Source: Candidatus Omnitrophota bacterium (GTDB taxonomy: Bacteria > Omnitrophota > Gorgyraeia > Gygaellales > Profunditerraquicolaceae). From it: a stretch of DNA of 64,000 bases. A model generated the notes under the pieces. The model did not search any database, was not told the DNA's origin, and saw only the letters and a program-made list of their open reading frames with translations. This document shows, one piece after another, positions 25,599 to 36,088 of this stretch. The stretch covers positions 35,509-99,508 of the forward strand of contig JBAYMG010000002.1 of NCBI GenBank assembly GCA_041663665.1, given 5' to 3'. The position numbers were made by a program, and so were the translations under genes. Positions within the stretch are counted from its first letter, which is position 1. Each line of letters opens with the position of its first letter.

Positions 25599-28406
25599 CT
25601 AGACCTGGCATGATTCTATCCACTCATTTAAGGTGTCGATAAAATTATCTACCGTAAGCTTATCATTTGGTGAACTGCCAACTCTGTGTTCGATATATTT
25701 CGGCTTCTGTAACTCCGCAAGAATATTGGCTTTCTCGTTACCCTTGCCAGAATGATGATATATCTGTCCCGTGATGATAATGTTAAAACGACTTTGCCCT
25801 CTCTTAAGGGATGAAAAAATATCTGTGTTACGAAGCTTATTATTTGGTATAAAATTAATATCAAAGTCTGTCGCTTTCAAACCATATTTTGTAAGTAGTT
25901 TTTTTGCTTCTTGCATAATACGATCATTGTCAACGGTTTCGCCAACAATACAAATATTAAGTGGTTTAGGTATCTTAGTTTCAACCTGGTCATAATTAAG
26001 TGCGTTCTGACGAATGGATGCTTCTCTTAACATTGCTCTAGCATTTTCAAGATCGATCTTTAAGATTTCATTTTGTTCCTCTTTGTCTTTAATCTTCCTG
26101 ATTGATTCGTTCAACTCACCTTCATATAGCTCAATTAATTCTTGGTCTTCCTTGGTATTCTTTATTTCATTTGCTGCTGCTATTTTTCTAATTTGCGCAA
26201 AACGAATTAAATCATTCTCGTATCGGGATCTAAAAGAATCTATTTCTTCTTGCTTCAACAATTCAAAAAATGTCGAATAATCTCTAGGGGAAAGAATAAA
26301 AAATAGGACCTTATCCTTTCCCGAATAGTTCTCAATGTATAATCTACCTGCATTTAACTTCAGAAGATTTTCATTTTTAAAATCTTTATCATCTTTAATC
26401 TCTACTATAATTGTTTCTTTCTTGGTCCGCACTATAAAATCAGGATAGAAACCATATAACGTATCTTCACCGCTTTTAGGATTCTGCTTTTTATATGGAA
26501 CCCCAAAGAACTTGCTTTCTCGATCTCCGTTCTTGAACCACCATAAAAGATAGTCATCAGAAGATTCCAATTTTAATACAAATTTCTGCTCGGGCTTTGA
26601 AATTGTAAGTTTTGAGTTCTTATCCTTCTTAAGATAATAAGGTAGCATGATTGATTTCTTAATCTGTTGCTGCTCCTCAAAATCACTGAACACGCTAATA
26701 TCTTCGGGCACTTGCCAATCATTATCTAAGATAATTGAATCTTCATGGGATGGTAAATTTGCATATTTTTGTTTTGCTTTATCAATTAATTTTTCAATAA
26801 ATGGTTGATTAATATCTCGAACAACAATATTTGCAATTTGATCCTCATCATCAATTTCAAAAAGTGAAATAAAAAGTGCGCGTAAATGACTTTTAAGTGT
26901 GTTGGTCGAGTCTACTTTTGCATATGGTACAGTACATGACTGTAAGAAACGATTATATAAATCAAAAATTTCTTCTCGGTTTTTTTCAATCTCAATTTCC
27001 TGTTTAAACTCGATTTCTTTTCTTTTCTCATCTATTGTCTTAGTGCAACCTTCAACGCCTATGGATTTTTTATAACTAGCAATTGAAATTTCTATATTTT
27101 TTTTAGCATCAAGCTCGTCTGCAGATTTAAACAAACAAGGCTTAAATGGTGATTGCAGCCGTGTTATTTCACGTTTTCTCCGAATATGTGCACTTGGTAA
27201 AGAAATTGTACGATAACATGCATTGTTACGCTCCATTACTGCACTGCTTGCGTAATCTTTAGCAATATCCTCAACAATTGTAAAATTATCAGATGCGGTG
27301 TAAACATAACCAAAATTCAGTTCTTCGTGTTCTTCATAATGCCTTTGTTCTGGCATACGCATGATACGCCCAAGTGTTTGAACATTAAATTCATAATTAT
27401 CAGAATTCCATTCTCGTTGTAATAAAAGTATGGCTGCCCGTGGACAATCCCATCCGGTTGCGATTGCTTCCTTAAAAATGAGAACATCAACAATGCTTGT
27501 CTTTTCCTTTATATCTTCCAGGTTAATCTGGCCTTCCTCTAGATAAATCCCAAGTGATCTGTTTTCTGTGGTTATACCAAACTTAGAAAGCACCTCAATA
27601 ATTTTCTCTTCTGGTGCTCGTACATCATTCTTATTTTTGCGAGGTATTTGTATTAGAAGAAGCGGGTTAATGTGTATTTTTTGTTTTTCATAACAAACTT
27701 TTAATTGCTTTCTTTTTTGCAATGCTGCTTCAACAATATCCTCATTAGTTTTAACAAAATCTTTTCGGAGACCAGGGTTAATACGTACTTCTTTTTTTAT
27801 CATCTGCTCTCCAACAACTTCTTCAATTTCAACTTTGCAACGATAATCACTAGCGACTTCTTTGGGGGTTGCCGACATTTCAATTGTTAATTCTGGATTA
27901 ATAATATCTATAACTTCTTTTGCTTTACTGGTTTTTGCTGATAAATGACTCTCATCAATTATAAGTACAACTTTACGTCCTTCATCTTTAGTATTTGAAA
28001 TTACCTTTGAAAGATTCCAATCAGTCTCATTATCTACCATAAAAAGATTACCTTCACGATTTAAGCTTTGCCAATTCACAAATAAAATTTGATTCTCTTC
28101 AAGTACGTTACCAATAATGTCTCGGATTCCTATACATTCTAAAATTCTTTCATTTTCAAAATGTTTTTCAAGACTATCACCACTTTGTTTGTGTAAATTA
28201 TTTACTGAGATCCACACAAAAGAAAGAGCATCCTTACCTTGGGTTTCTTTAACAATTTTAATTAACGATTCTGCCATTACTGTTGTTTTACCTGAACCTG
28301 TAGGAGCTTGAAATACCAAAACTTTTGGACTTGGTTCACTTAAAAATTCAACTGCATGAGTAACAATTTTATTTATGGCTTTCTGTTGATAAATTAGTTT
28401 TTTCAT
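25599..28406 (-). CDS. Type III restriction enzyme Res subunit (SF2 helicase-like)
   Basis: 935 aa. Motif I QAPTGSGKT, motif II LIIDESH, motif III MSATP. 4-bp overlap with the upstream mod gene. Confidence 0.75.
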   Translation of the reverse strand: MKKLIYQQKAINKIVTHAVEFLSEPSPKVLVFQAPTGSGKTTVMAESLIKIVKETQGKDALSFVWISVNNLHKQSGDSLEKHFENERILECIGIRDIIGNVLEENQILFVNWQSLNREGNLFMVDNETDWNLSKVISNTKDEGRKVVLIIDESHLSAKTSKAKEVIDIINPELTIEMSATPKEVASDYRCKVEIEEVVGEQMIKKEVRINPGLRKDFVKTNEDIVEAALQKRKQLKVCYEKQKIHINPLLLIQIPRKNKNDVRAPEEKIIEVLSKFGITTENRSLGIYLEEGQINLEDIKEKTSIVDVLIFKEAIATGWDCPRAAILLLQREWNSDNYEFNVQTLGRIMRMPEQRHYEEHEELNFGYVYTASDNFTIVEDIAKDYASSAVMERNNACYRTISLPSAHIRRKREITRLQSPFKPCLFKSADELDAKKNIEISIASYKKSIGVEGCTKTIDEKRKEIEFKQEIEIEKNREEIFDLYNRFLQSCTVPYAKVDSTNTLKSHLRALFISLFEIDDEDQIANIVVRDINQPFIEKLIDKAKQKYANLPSHEDSIILDNDWQVPEDISVFSDFEEQQQIKKSIMLPYYLKKDKNSKLTISKPEQKFVLKLESSDDYLLWWFKNGDRESKFFGVPYKKQNPKSGEDTLYGFYPDFIVRTKKETIIVEIKDDKDFKNENLLKLNAGRLYIENYSGKDKVLFFILSPRDYSTFFELLKQEEIDSFRSRYENDLIRFAQIRKIAAANEIKNTKEDQELIELYEGELNESIRKIKDKEEQNEILKIDLENARAMLREASIRQNALNYDQVETKIPKPLNICIVGETVDNDRIMQEAKKLLTKYGLKATDFDINFIPNNKLRNTDIFSSLKRGQSRFNIIITGQIYHHSGKGNEKANILAELQKPKYIEHRVGSSPNDKLTVDNFIDTLNEWIESCQV

Positions 28407-30286
28407 ATTTGCTTTGGCTTATAAAGATCTTTAAATATTTTACGGTATACATTCAAAATAACCTCAGGTATCGGCTTCACTTTAACATTTGCTATGTCTT
28501 CAAATTCAGTTTTATCTACCGTATGGTCATAACTAAACACATAGACAACAGTTGGTTTGGTAATTTTCTTTAACTCTCTTTTAGCCAAAGCAATTTCAGA
28601 TTCATCGTAAATAATAAGACTGACTTTTTCATCTGATTCGTATAAAGCATGCGTGGTATTTGTTACAATTTCTGTAAAAGTTTCTTCTCCGAGGCAAAGC
28701 ATCTCAGTAGCTTTACGGACAAAAACTCTTTTGTCTTTATCAGTTTTGATTTTTTGCACAAAAGCTGTTTGAAAATAACGCAGGTTTCCCCCTAGGCCTT
28801 TTTGAAAACCGCTGCTATTTGATTTACCTATAACCTTCAAAATCCCATCCGTGATTTTGATTTCGAAATCGTCAAAACGATCTTCATTGTCTGTTTTAAG
28901 CTTGTCTATTTTTCCCCAAATATTTTCAGATTTCCTAAAATCAGAAAGTGTGATTTTTTTCTCAAACAAAATACGACTATCGGACCCCTCATACTTATAT
29001 CCCTTTATTACATTTTGAATACGCGGAAGACAAATATCGCGAGCTACTTTAATGCCAGTATTGTCATTGTCTTCATTGTTGGTGCAAAGAATAAAACGCC
29101 GATCGCCCTTATCTTCTGCGTTCATCTCAAGTATCGCATGGCCTGTTGTCCCCGAACCTGCGAAGAAATCAAGCACAAGTGCATCTTGACGATTTTGTAT
29201 TACACATTCAAGACAGTCCTTCACTGTATAAAGAGATTTAGGAAATGGGAAGTCTTTCCCTGTAATTCGTTTTACAATTTTAGTACCATATTCATTCGCA
29301 TCATATCGAGTACCTGTCCAAATAGTTTTTGGACGATCCTCCGTCTTTGCAAGCTCTATTTCAATATCGCCGTTACGATTTTGTTTAACACGAAGAAGGG
29401 GGAGAATTTCTTCAACACTTTGTCTTGCGTATCTCCATTTTCTCTCCACTCCACCGTTATCAATAGGCCATACTTCTATTGCTCCATCCTTTGCCTTAAT
29501 ATTTTTTCCTTTGGGATTGAATGAGTCATTTGGAACATCACCGAAACCGACAATTATCTTATTTTTTACTAAAATTTTATAAAAACAATTTCTTGCATCT
29601 GATCGTAACGACTCGCCACCATTATCTCTGAGATTTCTAAATTCAATATCATTTTCGCTTCTTTCAAACCTTTGAATAATTTTTAGACCTTTTCTGAAAA
29701 TAAAAAAAGCAAATTCATTAGTATAAGCAAAATTATCACCTTGAACTCCGCGCGGATTATGGACAATCGCCACACAGTGAATTTCATAATCCTTGAAGAT
29801 ATCTTCGAGCAGCACCCCAAGATGTGTTTGTTCATTTTTATCAATCGCGCAAATCAGAACACCATCATCTTTGAGCAACCTTTTTGAATGCTTGAGACGC
29901 TTATCCATCATTGAAAGCCATTTGCTATGACGGAAATGATTATTTTTGTCAACGTAGTTATTGTTATATTTCCAATTTTTATCGCCATTGTTATAGGGAG
30001 GGTCAATATAAATACAATCAAAAGCTTTTTTGTGAGTGTAATTTAAAACAGATAATGCATGATAATTATCACCTTCAATAATGTAATTAAACTTTTTATT
30101 TTTATTAATGATAAGATCTTTGACTTCATTCACATTTTCAAGCACGGGTAGAAACTCTTTGCACTTCTCCGCTACCTCTTCATCTTGTGGCTCCCAAACA
30201 ATACCGAAACGCTTGCGCTTTAAAAGCACGTCGACAAAATGGACGAGCCTATCTTTTGACCATTCGTAATAAGGTTTATTTTTCAT
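28403..30286 (-). CDS. Type III R-M Mod subunit (beta-class N6A/N4C DNA methyltransferase)
   Basis: 627 aa. Motif IV CIYIDPPYNNG precedes motif I LDFFAGSGTTGHA by about 280 aa (target-recognition domain between them). Confidence 0.85.
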   Translation of the reverse strand: MKNKPYYEWSKDRLVHFVDVLLKRKRFGIVWEPQDEEVAEKCKEFLPVLENVNEVKDLIINKNKKFNYIIEGDNYHALSVLNYTHKKAFDCIYIDPPYNNGDKNWKYNNNYVDKNNHFRHSKWLSMMDKRLKHSKRLLKDDGVLICAIDKNEQTHLGVLLEDIFKDYEIHCVAIVHNPRGVQGDNFAYTNEFAFFIFRKGLKIIQRFERSENDIEFRNLRDNGGESLRSDARNCFYKILVKNKIIVGFGDVPNDSFNPKGKNIKAKDGAIEVWPIDNGGVERKWRYARQSVEEILPLLRVKQNRNGDIEIELAKTEDRPKTIWTGTRYDANEYGTKIVKRITGKDFPFPKSLYTVKDCLECVIQNRQDALVLDFFAGSGTTGHAILEMNAEDKGDRRFILCTNNEDNDNTGIKVARDICLPRIQNVIKGYKYEGSDSRILFEKKITLSDFRKSENIWGKIDKLKTDNEDRFDDFEIKITDGILKVIGKSNSSGFQKGLGGNLRYFQTAFVQKIKTDKDKRVFVRKATEMLCLGEETFTEIVTNTTHALYESDEKVSLIIYDESEIALAKRELKKITKPTVVYVFSYDHTVDKTEFEDIANVKVKPIPEVILNVYRKIFKDLYKPKQI

Positions 30287-30290
30287 ATGG

Positions 30291-30506
30291 CTATTTTATT
30301 AAATCATCTATAGTAATACCCAAGCCACTAGCTATTTTTATAACTGTTTGGATTGTCGGTTTTGTGATTACGTTAGCTTCAATCTTAGTAAGAGTGGTAT
30401 AAGGAAGATCTGACTTTCTGGCTAATCCATCTTGCGTTAAACCTAGCTTGTTTCTAATTTTTTTAATTTTGTTCCCGATTGTTTCGATATTACTTTGATT
30501 TTTCAT
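30291..30506 (-). CDS. XRE-family HTH regulator (element repressor-like)
   Basis: 71 aa. IKKIRNKLGLTQDGLARKSDLPYTTLTKIE. Divergent from the recombinase operon. Confidence 0.75.
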   Translation of the reverse strand: MKNQSNIETIGNKIKKIRNKLGLTQDGLARKSDLPYTTLTKIEANVITKPTIQTVIKIASGLGITIDDLIK

Positions 30507-30664
30507 ATACCTAAGTATGGTAGCATAATTATGGTTGCCTATATATCATTGCATAGATATGCTATCATATATTGCAATTATATACAAATAATAAATTCAT
30601 AAAATCCTCATCATTATAACTTGCTATATCTCTAACTGTATGGCTATATGTAACTAGGAGTAAA

Positions 30665-31147
30665 ATGGAGGCTATTATGGCAGAAACAAAACTCTCTCAA
30701 ATAATGGAACTTAAGGAAAAATCACTCGCTGAACTTAAGGCAAAATACGGCGAACTATTTCTCAGCCAGCAAGCGCCGTCTAATAATAAAATATTCCTTT
30801 GGCGCAAAATAGCCTTCCGACTGCAGGAGTTGGAATATGGAGGAATTTCAACAGAAACCAATGGTAAAATCAACGAGTTGATTCAGAAATACGACCCAAT
30901 AAACAATAAGTCTCTTAGGCCAGTCTGCAGCCCCAAAGAACCTCAGTCTAAAACAAAAGTCGGCCGGGATCGCAGAATTCCTATCCCAGGAACTGTAGTT
31001 ACTAAGGAATATAAAGGCATAAGCCTACAAGTCAAAGTAATAGAAAATGGGTTTGAGTATAACAATAAGGTTTACAAGAGTCTTTCAGCCATTGCCAAAG
31101 AAGTAACCGGGGCGCATTGGAACGGGTATTTATTCTTTAACCTATAG
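30665..31147 (+). CDS. DUF2924-like protein (recombinase-associated)
   Basis: 160 aa. Pattern ELKAKYGELF...LWRKIAFRLQELEYGG. 8 bp upstream of the serine recombinase gene. Confidence 0.4.
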   Translation: MEAIMAETKLSQIMELKEKSLAELKAKYGELFLSQQAPSNNKIFLWRKIAFRLQELEYGGISTETNGKINELIQKYDPINNKSLRPVCSPKEPQSKTKVGRDRRIPIPGTVVTKEYKGISLQVKVIENGFEYNNKVYKSLSAIAKEVTGAHWNGYLFFNL

Positions 31148-31155
31148 GGCCGTCC

Positions 31156-32799
31156 ATGGAAACCGAAACCAAACAAAAGAAACGCATCTACTGTGCAGCC
31201 TACTGCCGTAAATCGGTAGAAGAACGCACTGAGGAAACCTTTGGTTCAATTGAGAATCAGTATGAATCTATCCAAAGCTTCATCACAAGCCATAAGCAGG
31301 AAGGCTGGACATCTTTACCGGAAAGGTATGCAGATAATGGCTTCACCGGCTCAAATACTAACCGCCCCTCCCTTCAAAAACTTATCAACGATATTAAGGA
31401 ACACAAAGTCGATCTAGTTATCGTCTACAAACTCGACCGATTAAGCCGATCTCTGGTAGATTTTGTTCAACTCCTTAAGTTTTTTGATGAACATGGTGTT
31501 GCCTTTGCTTCAGTTACCCAACCAATTGATACAAGCACATCTACTGGCAAGCTAATGCTGCATATTTTGTCTTCCTTTGCCGAATTTGAAAGAGAGCTAA
31601 TTTCTGAAAGAACCCGCGATAAGATGGGAGCTGCGCGCAAACGCGGTCAGTGGATGGGCGGTAGACCACCACTAGGCTACGATATTGCAAAGGACTCGAA
31701 AAAACTAACAGTTAACCAAGGGGATGCCAAACTAATCCGTGAAATATTTAATCTTTATCTTCAAGGTAACTCTTTGCTTAAAGTAGCGCAGATTATCAAT
31801 GAAAAAGGCTATAGAACAAAACAGGCTACAGCTAAAAACGGGAGAAAATTTGGAGGAATAAAATTCGGGATAACCCATATCCAGTCAATAATTAAGAATG
31901 TGCTCTATCTGGGCAAGGTCTGCTATGCAGACCAAATCTATGACGGCCAGCAAGAGGCAATCATCGATGAAGAAACCTTCAAAAAAGCTCAAGAGAAGCT
32001 TAAAGAAAACCGAGTAGAGCGTAGAGCTACCAAGAACATTGAATGTACCGGATTATTAACCCATATTTTACACTGTAAGACCTGTGGGCATTTTATGTTC
32101 CACACCTATACCCTAAAGCACAAAACGCACAAATATCGCTATTATGTCTGCACTAACGCTCAGAAACGCGGGTATAACTCCTGTCCTACTAAATCCATAA
32201 ACGCACAGGCAATTGAGGATACCACGGTTGATTGTTTAAAACGAATCTTTATTGATAACCGCAAGAAGGGTGATCATCCAAATAAACAGGAGGTCGAAGC
32301 TCTTCTGTCCCCAATCTGGGACACTCTTTATCCAGAAGAAAAACGACGCATACTGAAGATATTAATCAAAGCGGTTGATTATGACTCAACTAGCAAAAAA
32401 GTGGGAATTGTGCTTAATGGCAGCGATACACGGCTTGAATTCGAGGTTGATTTAAAACAAGTGCGACCGTTAAATAAATGGCGTAAGGAAGAAGAAATAA
32501 AAAATGAACCCCTGATTCGCAGCACTCTTGTTCTAGCTCATCAAATCCAACTACTCGTTAATGAAGGTAAAATTCAACATCCTCGCAACGCCTGCAAGTG
32601 GCTCAACTTAAGCGTAACGCGTATGGATCAAATCATGAATACCCTTTTCTTAAGCCCTGCGATTCAAGACAAAATCCTCTCTTTAAACACACCTGCCATT
32701 AATGCCCTCACAGAGTTCAAAATTAGGCCCCTGCTCAAAGAAGTCAACTGGGACAACCAATTAGCCCAATGGCAAGTTTTAACCGTAGATAACCGTTAA
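31156..32799 (+). CDS. Large serine recombinase (integrase)
   Basis: 547 aa. Resolvase catalytic domain (AAYCRKS...; VYKLDRLSRS), recombinase domain, Zn-ribbon (CKTCGH...C...C), C-terminal coiled coil. Confidence 0.9.
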   Translation: METETKQKKRIYCAAYCRKSVEERTEETFGSIENQYESIQSFITSHKQEGWTSLPERYADNGFTGSNTNRPSLQKLINDIKEHKVDLVIVYKLDRLSRSLVDFVQLLKFFDEHGVAFASVTQPIDTSTSTGKLMLHILSSFAEFERELISERTRDKMGAARKRGQWMGGRPPLGYDIAKDSKKLTVNQGDAKLIREIFNLYLQGNSLLKVAQIINEKGYRTKQATAKNGRKFGGIKFGITHIQSIIKNVLYLGKVCYADQIYDGQQEAIIDEETFKKAQEKLKENRVERRATKNIECTGLLTHILHCKTCGHFMFHTYTLKHKTHKYRYYVCTNAQKRGYNSCPTKSINAQAIEDTTVDCLKRIFIDNRKKGDHPNKQEVEALLSPIWDTLYPEEKRRILKILIKAVDYDSTSKKVGIVLNGSDTRLEFEVDLKQVRPLNKWRKEEEIKNEPLIRSTLVLAHQIQLLVNEGKIQHPRNACKWLNLSVTRMDQIMNTLFLSPAIQDKILSLNTPAINALTEFKIRPLLKEVNWDNQLAQWQVLTVDNR

Positions 32800-33122
32800 T
32801 TATTGCCCACCATAAACAGAGATAGTAATCGCCATTTCCCAGTTTCTCGTTATGTTTTTAAACCAAAAAGGCCTATTATATCGTCAGATAACCGCGACAC
32901 TACACCTGAGAAACTAATAGCCAATACCGAGATAAAGAGATAGCCTGGTGAGATTTATTCGGCTGTTTTAGACGAACCCTGGTAGACATAATGATGTAGG
33001 CTTTAGAATAAATATTCATATTCAAAAATAACGCCCTAACTCTTTACGACGTCAAGGCATAAAAATACCCTGATCAGTGTAGCTAACCAGGGTTATTCTT
33101 ATCTCTCATATCTGGAGTTTGA

Positions 33123-33196
33123 GAGATTTAAGTGGTTGCCCCGCATGGACTCGAACCATGATAACAAGATCCAGAATCTTGTGTCCTACCATTAGA
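33123..33196 (-). tRNA. tRNA-Gln (anticodon CUG)
   Basis: Cloverleaf read by hand. Acceptor TGCCCTG/CGGGGCA, anticodon stem CAAGA/TCTTG with loop TTCTGGA, T-arm CATGG-TTCGAGT-CCATG, CCA encoded. Confidence 0.85.
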
Positions 33197-33330
33197 CGAC
33201 AGGGCAAAATAGTGTTTTAATTATATACTTGAGTTAAAAATCTTTCAAGAAGAATGATTAACAAGCCAAAAGGGCTAAAACGGTTAGATCCAGCCCAATT
33301 GTCAATAGTAGCGAAGTAAAAGTTAAGGAA

Positions 33331-33738
33331 TTATTCCAGTAATCTAATAGATTTCAATTTGTTAATGCTTTTTTTAGTTACTGCGTATTCCAAAAAAACC
33401 TTACTACCCTTAACTATTGCACTCAAAGCAATCGGATTGCCATCTTTATCAGTAGCAGTAGTTGCACCGGTAATAGAAGCGGAGGTTTTTACTTCGAAAC
33501 TCAGACTCTTTCCGTTTTCATCTGCGACCATTATTTTTTGGCCAGTTTTATTCACAGAATCACCCGATGTCAACCATTCAACCTTACCGGTAAATGTTTT
33601 TGTTTCAAGAAGTTTTAGAGCAGGTTGGCTGGCCGGTGCCGATACCTCTTGAGCAAAACCTAAAGAACTAAAAAACATAACAACAAGTAACGCCAAAAGT
33701 GTTTTTTTCATGTTTTCATCCTCCTTGATTATTGCCAA
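33331..33738 (-). CDS. Secreted hypothetical protein
   Basis: Signal peptide MKKTLLALLVVMFFSSLGFAQ. Ser/Thr/Gly-rich beta-type sequence. Confidence 0.4.
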   Translation of the reverse strand: MAIIKEDENMKKTLLALLVVMFFSSLGFAQEVSAPASQPALKLLETKTFTGKVEWLTSGDSVNKTGQKIMVADENGKSLSFEVKTSASITGATTATDKDGNPIALSAIVKGSKVFLEYAVTKKSINKLKSIRLLE

Positions 33739-33859
33739 TTATGCGACTAGGATTCATAAAATTTCAAACAATTTGAGGAGGCATCCAAATAAAAAGCCGG
33801 AGATAAGCCCGGCTTAATATTTAATGCTTGAAATTAACCATATATTGATTTATTTAAAA

Positions 33860-34057
33860 TTACCACAGATTATCTTTTATCCAGGTATCGGTTTTTTTAA
33901 CAAACCCTGCGTCATCTTTTAAGCCTTCGCTAGCTCCTGCTGCTGCCCCCTGGCCTGCCCCAGCAACCGCACCTCCCGTACATTTAGCTATAGTACAACC
34001 GCTGGCTAAAAAAGTAAAAGCAGAAAGAATTAATAACAAAAAATATTTTCTGGACAT
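33860..34057 (-). CDS. Small Gly/Ala-rich lipoprotein
   Basis: 65 aa. Lipobox LASGC. Glycine-zipper-like GAVAGAGQGAAAGA. Confidence 0.4.
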   Translation of the reverse strand: MSRKYFLLLILSAFTFLASGCTIAKCTGGAVAGAGQGAAAGASEGLKDDAGFVKKTDTWIKDNLW

Positions 34058-34280
34058 TGCCCCCCCTTGTTCAAGATAATGTAAAATGCGCCATTACAAT
34101 AAATCCCATATATATAATATGGGATAAAAGAAAAAAGGCAAGGGGAAATTTTTTGGTTTACATTCCTGGGCATTGCCTGCCCGCTGGTAGTTTGCCCCTC
34201 GCCTATTTAATCTTCTAAATAAATATAACATAAACTTGCACCTAATTTCAAGGGGTTGAGAAAATATTATTTCAATATAG

Positions 34281-34808
34281 CTATTCCTTCTTATCCTGCA
34301 AATTTATCTTGGTATTTCTAAGATTAGATAAAGCAGACTTAACCATCTCTTGATATTTAGGAGGCAGCTTTGATAAATCCGGCATTGTAGCAGGTTTCTG
34401 ACTTTCGGATAAAGCTTGGTCTATAGATGTATCCTTAGAAACCGGAATTGACTGATCGACCAAAACAGATTCTTGCTCAACCGGAACAGTAGCTTCTTCT
34501 ATTTTTACTTTCGGTTTATTATTAACCTTTAACCCGGCAGCATAAGCCTTATAAAGCGATTCCATTTCAGGAGTCATAACAATATTGGCATGCCCTAAAG
34601 CTGACTGCTGGTCAACCGAAGCTATTTCGTCGCTAAAATAGATTACCTCTGTTCCCTGGAAATTCAATTTAACGTATTTATCAGTTTGCTCAATAATTTT
34701 ACCTTCCACCTTCTGTCCGGACCTAAGCGTAAGAACCTCAGCAAAAGATAGCTCCTGAAATAAAATACAAAAAATTAAACAAAAAAAGTATTTTTTTATT
34801 TTACCCAT
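34281..34808 (-). CDS. Secreted hypothetical protein
   Basis: 175 aa with N-terminal signal peptide. No recognizable domain. Confidence 0.35.
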   Translation of the reverse strand: MGKIKKYFFCLIFCILFQELSFAEVLTLRSGQKVEGKIIEQTDKYVKLNFQGTEVIYFSDEIASVDQQSALGHANIVMTPEMESLYKAYAAGLKVNNKPKVKIEEATVPVEQESVLVDQSIPVSKDTSIDQALSESQKPATMPDLSKLPPKYQEMVKSALSNLRNTKINLQDKKE

Positions 34809-36088
34809 TTTAGAAGTCTCCTTTTACTACGCTCCTTTCCCAAATAATAAATTAGTTCGAACAACCCTGGACCGATAGTTTTACCTGTGAGAGCAACTCG
34901 TATGGGGTGAATTAATTTTTTCGCTTCAATACCCAGCTCGACCACTAATTCCCGAAAGCTGGATTCAATATTAATAACACTATAATCTACAAGATTGTCC
35001 AATCTTTGGACAAAGAGCCCAAACTCTTTTGATAGATCTTGTCCTAAATATTTTTTTACCGCCGTTTCATCCATTAACAGCTCTTCGAGAAAGAAAAAAT
35101 CAGCCCAATCTACAAAATCATTAAGCCTGGGCAATCTTGCTTGGAATAATTTGACTAAATCCAAAAGGTACTTACGGTCAAAATTATCCTTATTTATATA
35201 CCCCTTTGCCTCAAGCAACGGGACAAGCTGGTCGGCTAATTTTTCCGGATCCGCATTTTTAAGATATTGATTATTTATCCAATCCAATTTTTTGATATCA
35301 AACGTCGCAGAAGTTTTATTCACATTTTTTATGTCGAATAGCTTTACCGCTTCATTAACAGTAATAATTTCACGGTTATCTCCCGGCGCCCAGCTTAAAA
35401 GCAAAAGATAATTTAACAACGCCTCGGATAAATACCCCATTTTACGATAATCACTAATCGCGGTTGCCCCTGTTCTCTTCGAGAGCCTGCCTCCATCTAC
35501 GCCCATAATCAAAGGAAGATGCGCAAAAAGCGGCAAATCAAAACCTAAAGCCTGATATAAAAGAATCTGTTTAGGAGTATTAGAGATATGGTCATCTCCG
35601 CGAATAATATGCGTGATATTCATCTGGGCATCATCAATAACACAAGCAAAGTTATAAGTCGGGGTACCGTCAGACTTAATTAAAACCTGATCCTTGATTA
35701 AACTGGACTCAAATTCGATTTTCCCGCGGATCAAATCATTCACCTGTATTTTTTGTGCCGGCACCTTATAAATTATTGCCTCTTTACCTTCGGGAGATCT
35801 CTCAATGTAGGCTAGCCCGCTTTTAAGCAGCTTATCCGCATACATGCGATACTGATCAAAGCGCTGGCTTTGATAATAAATTTCATCCCAGTTAAACCCC
35901 AACCATTGCAGGCTATAAAGTATTTCGTCGACAAATTCCTTTTTTGAACGCTCCTTATCTGTATCTTCAATCCTTAAAACAAATTTTCCACCTTGCGATT
36001 GAGAAAAAAGCCAATTAAATAACGCCGTACGTCCGCCGCCAATATGCAAATTACCCGTCGGACTAGGAGCAAATCTAACTCTAACCAT
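34796..36088 (-). CDS. gltX: Glutamate--tRNA ligase
   Basis: RFAPSPTGNLHIGG (HIGH). KMSKS-like RLSKR. 430 aa. Confidence 0.9.
   Translation of the reverse strand: MVRVRFAPSPTGNLHIGGGRTALFNWLFSQSQGGKFVLRIEDTDKERSKKEFVDEILYSLQWLGFNWDEIYYQSQRFDQYRMYADKLLKSGLAYIERSPEGKEAIIYKVPAQKIQVNDLIRGKIEFESSLIKDQVLIKSDGTPTYNFACVIDDAQMNITHIIRGDDHISNTPKQILLYQALGFDLPLFAHLPLIMGVDGGRLSKRTGATAISDYRKMGYLSEALLNYLLLLSWAPGDNREIITVNEAVKLFDIKNVNKTSATFDIKKLDWINNQYLKNADPEKLADQLVPLLEAKGYINKDNFDRKYLLDLVKLFQARLPRLNDFVDWADFFFLEELLMDETAVKKYLGQDLSKEFGLFVQRLDNLVDYSVINIESSFRELVVELGIEAKKLIHPIRVALTGKTIGPGLFELIYYLGKERSKRRLLKWVK

Larger units (their letters stand above)
5040..33200. mobile_element. Approximately 28-kb accessory/defense island next to tRNA-Gln, with a large serine recombinase at the tRNA-proximal end
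   Basis: Core genes lie on both flanks. Inside: recombinase module at 30291..32799, tRNA-Gln at 33123..33196, a phage-gene fragment, and a dense run of defense-type genes. Left boundary is approximate. Confidence 0.55.

Noticed and set aside
28403-30286. Phase-variable simple-sequence repeat in the Type III mod gene
   Set aside because: No homopolymer or short tandem repeat tract of notable length found in or upstream of mod.
33071-33100. Hairpin ccctg...caggg followed by TTATTCTT, about 270 bp downstream of the recombinase
   Set aside because: Could be a weak terminator, but the stem is short (5 bp) and the U-tract is interrupted. Not confident enough to list as a feature.
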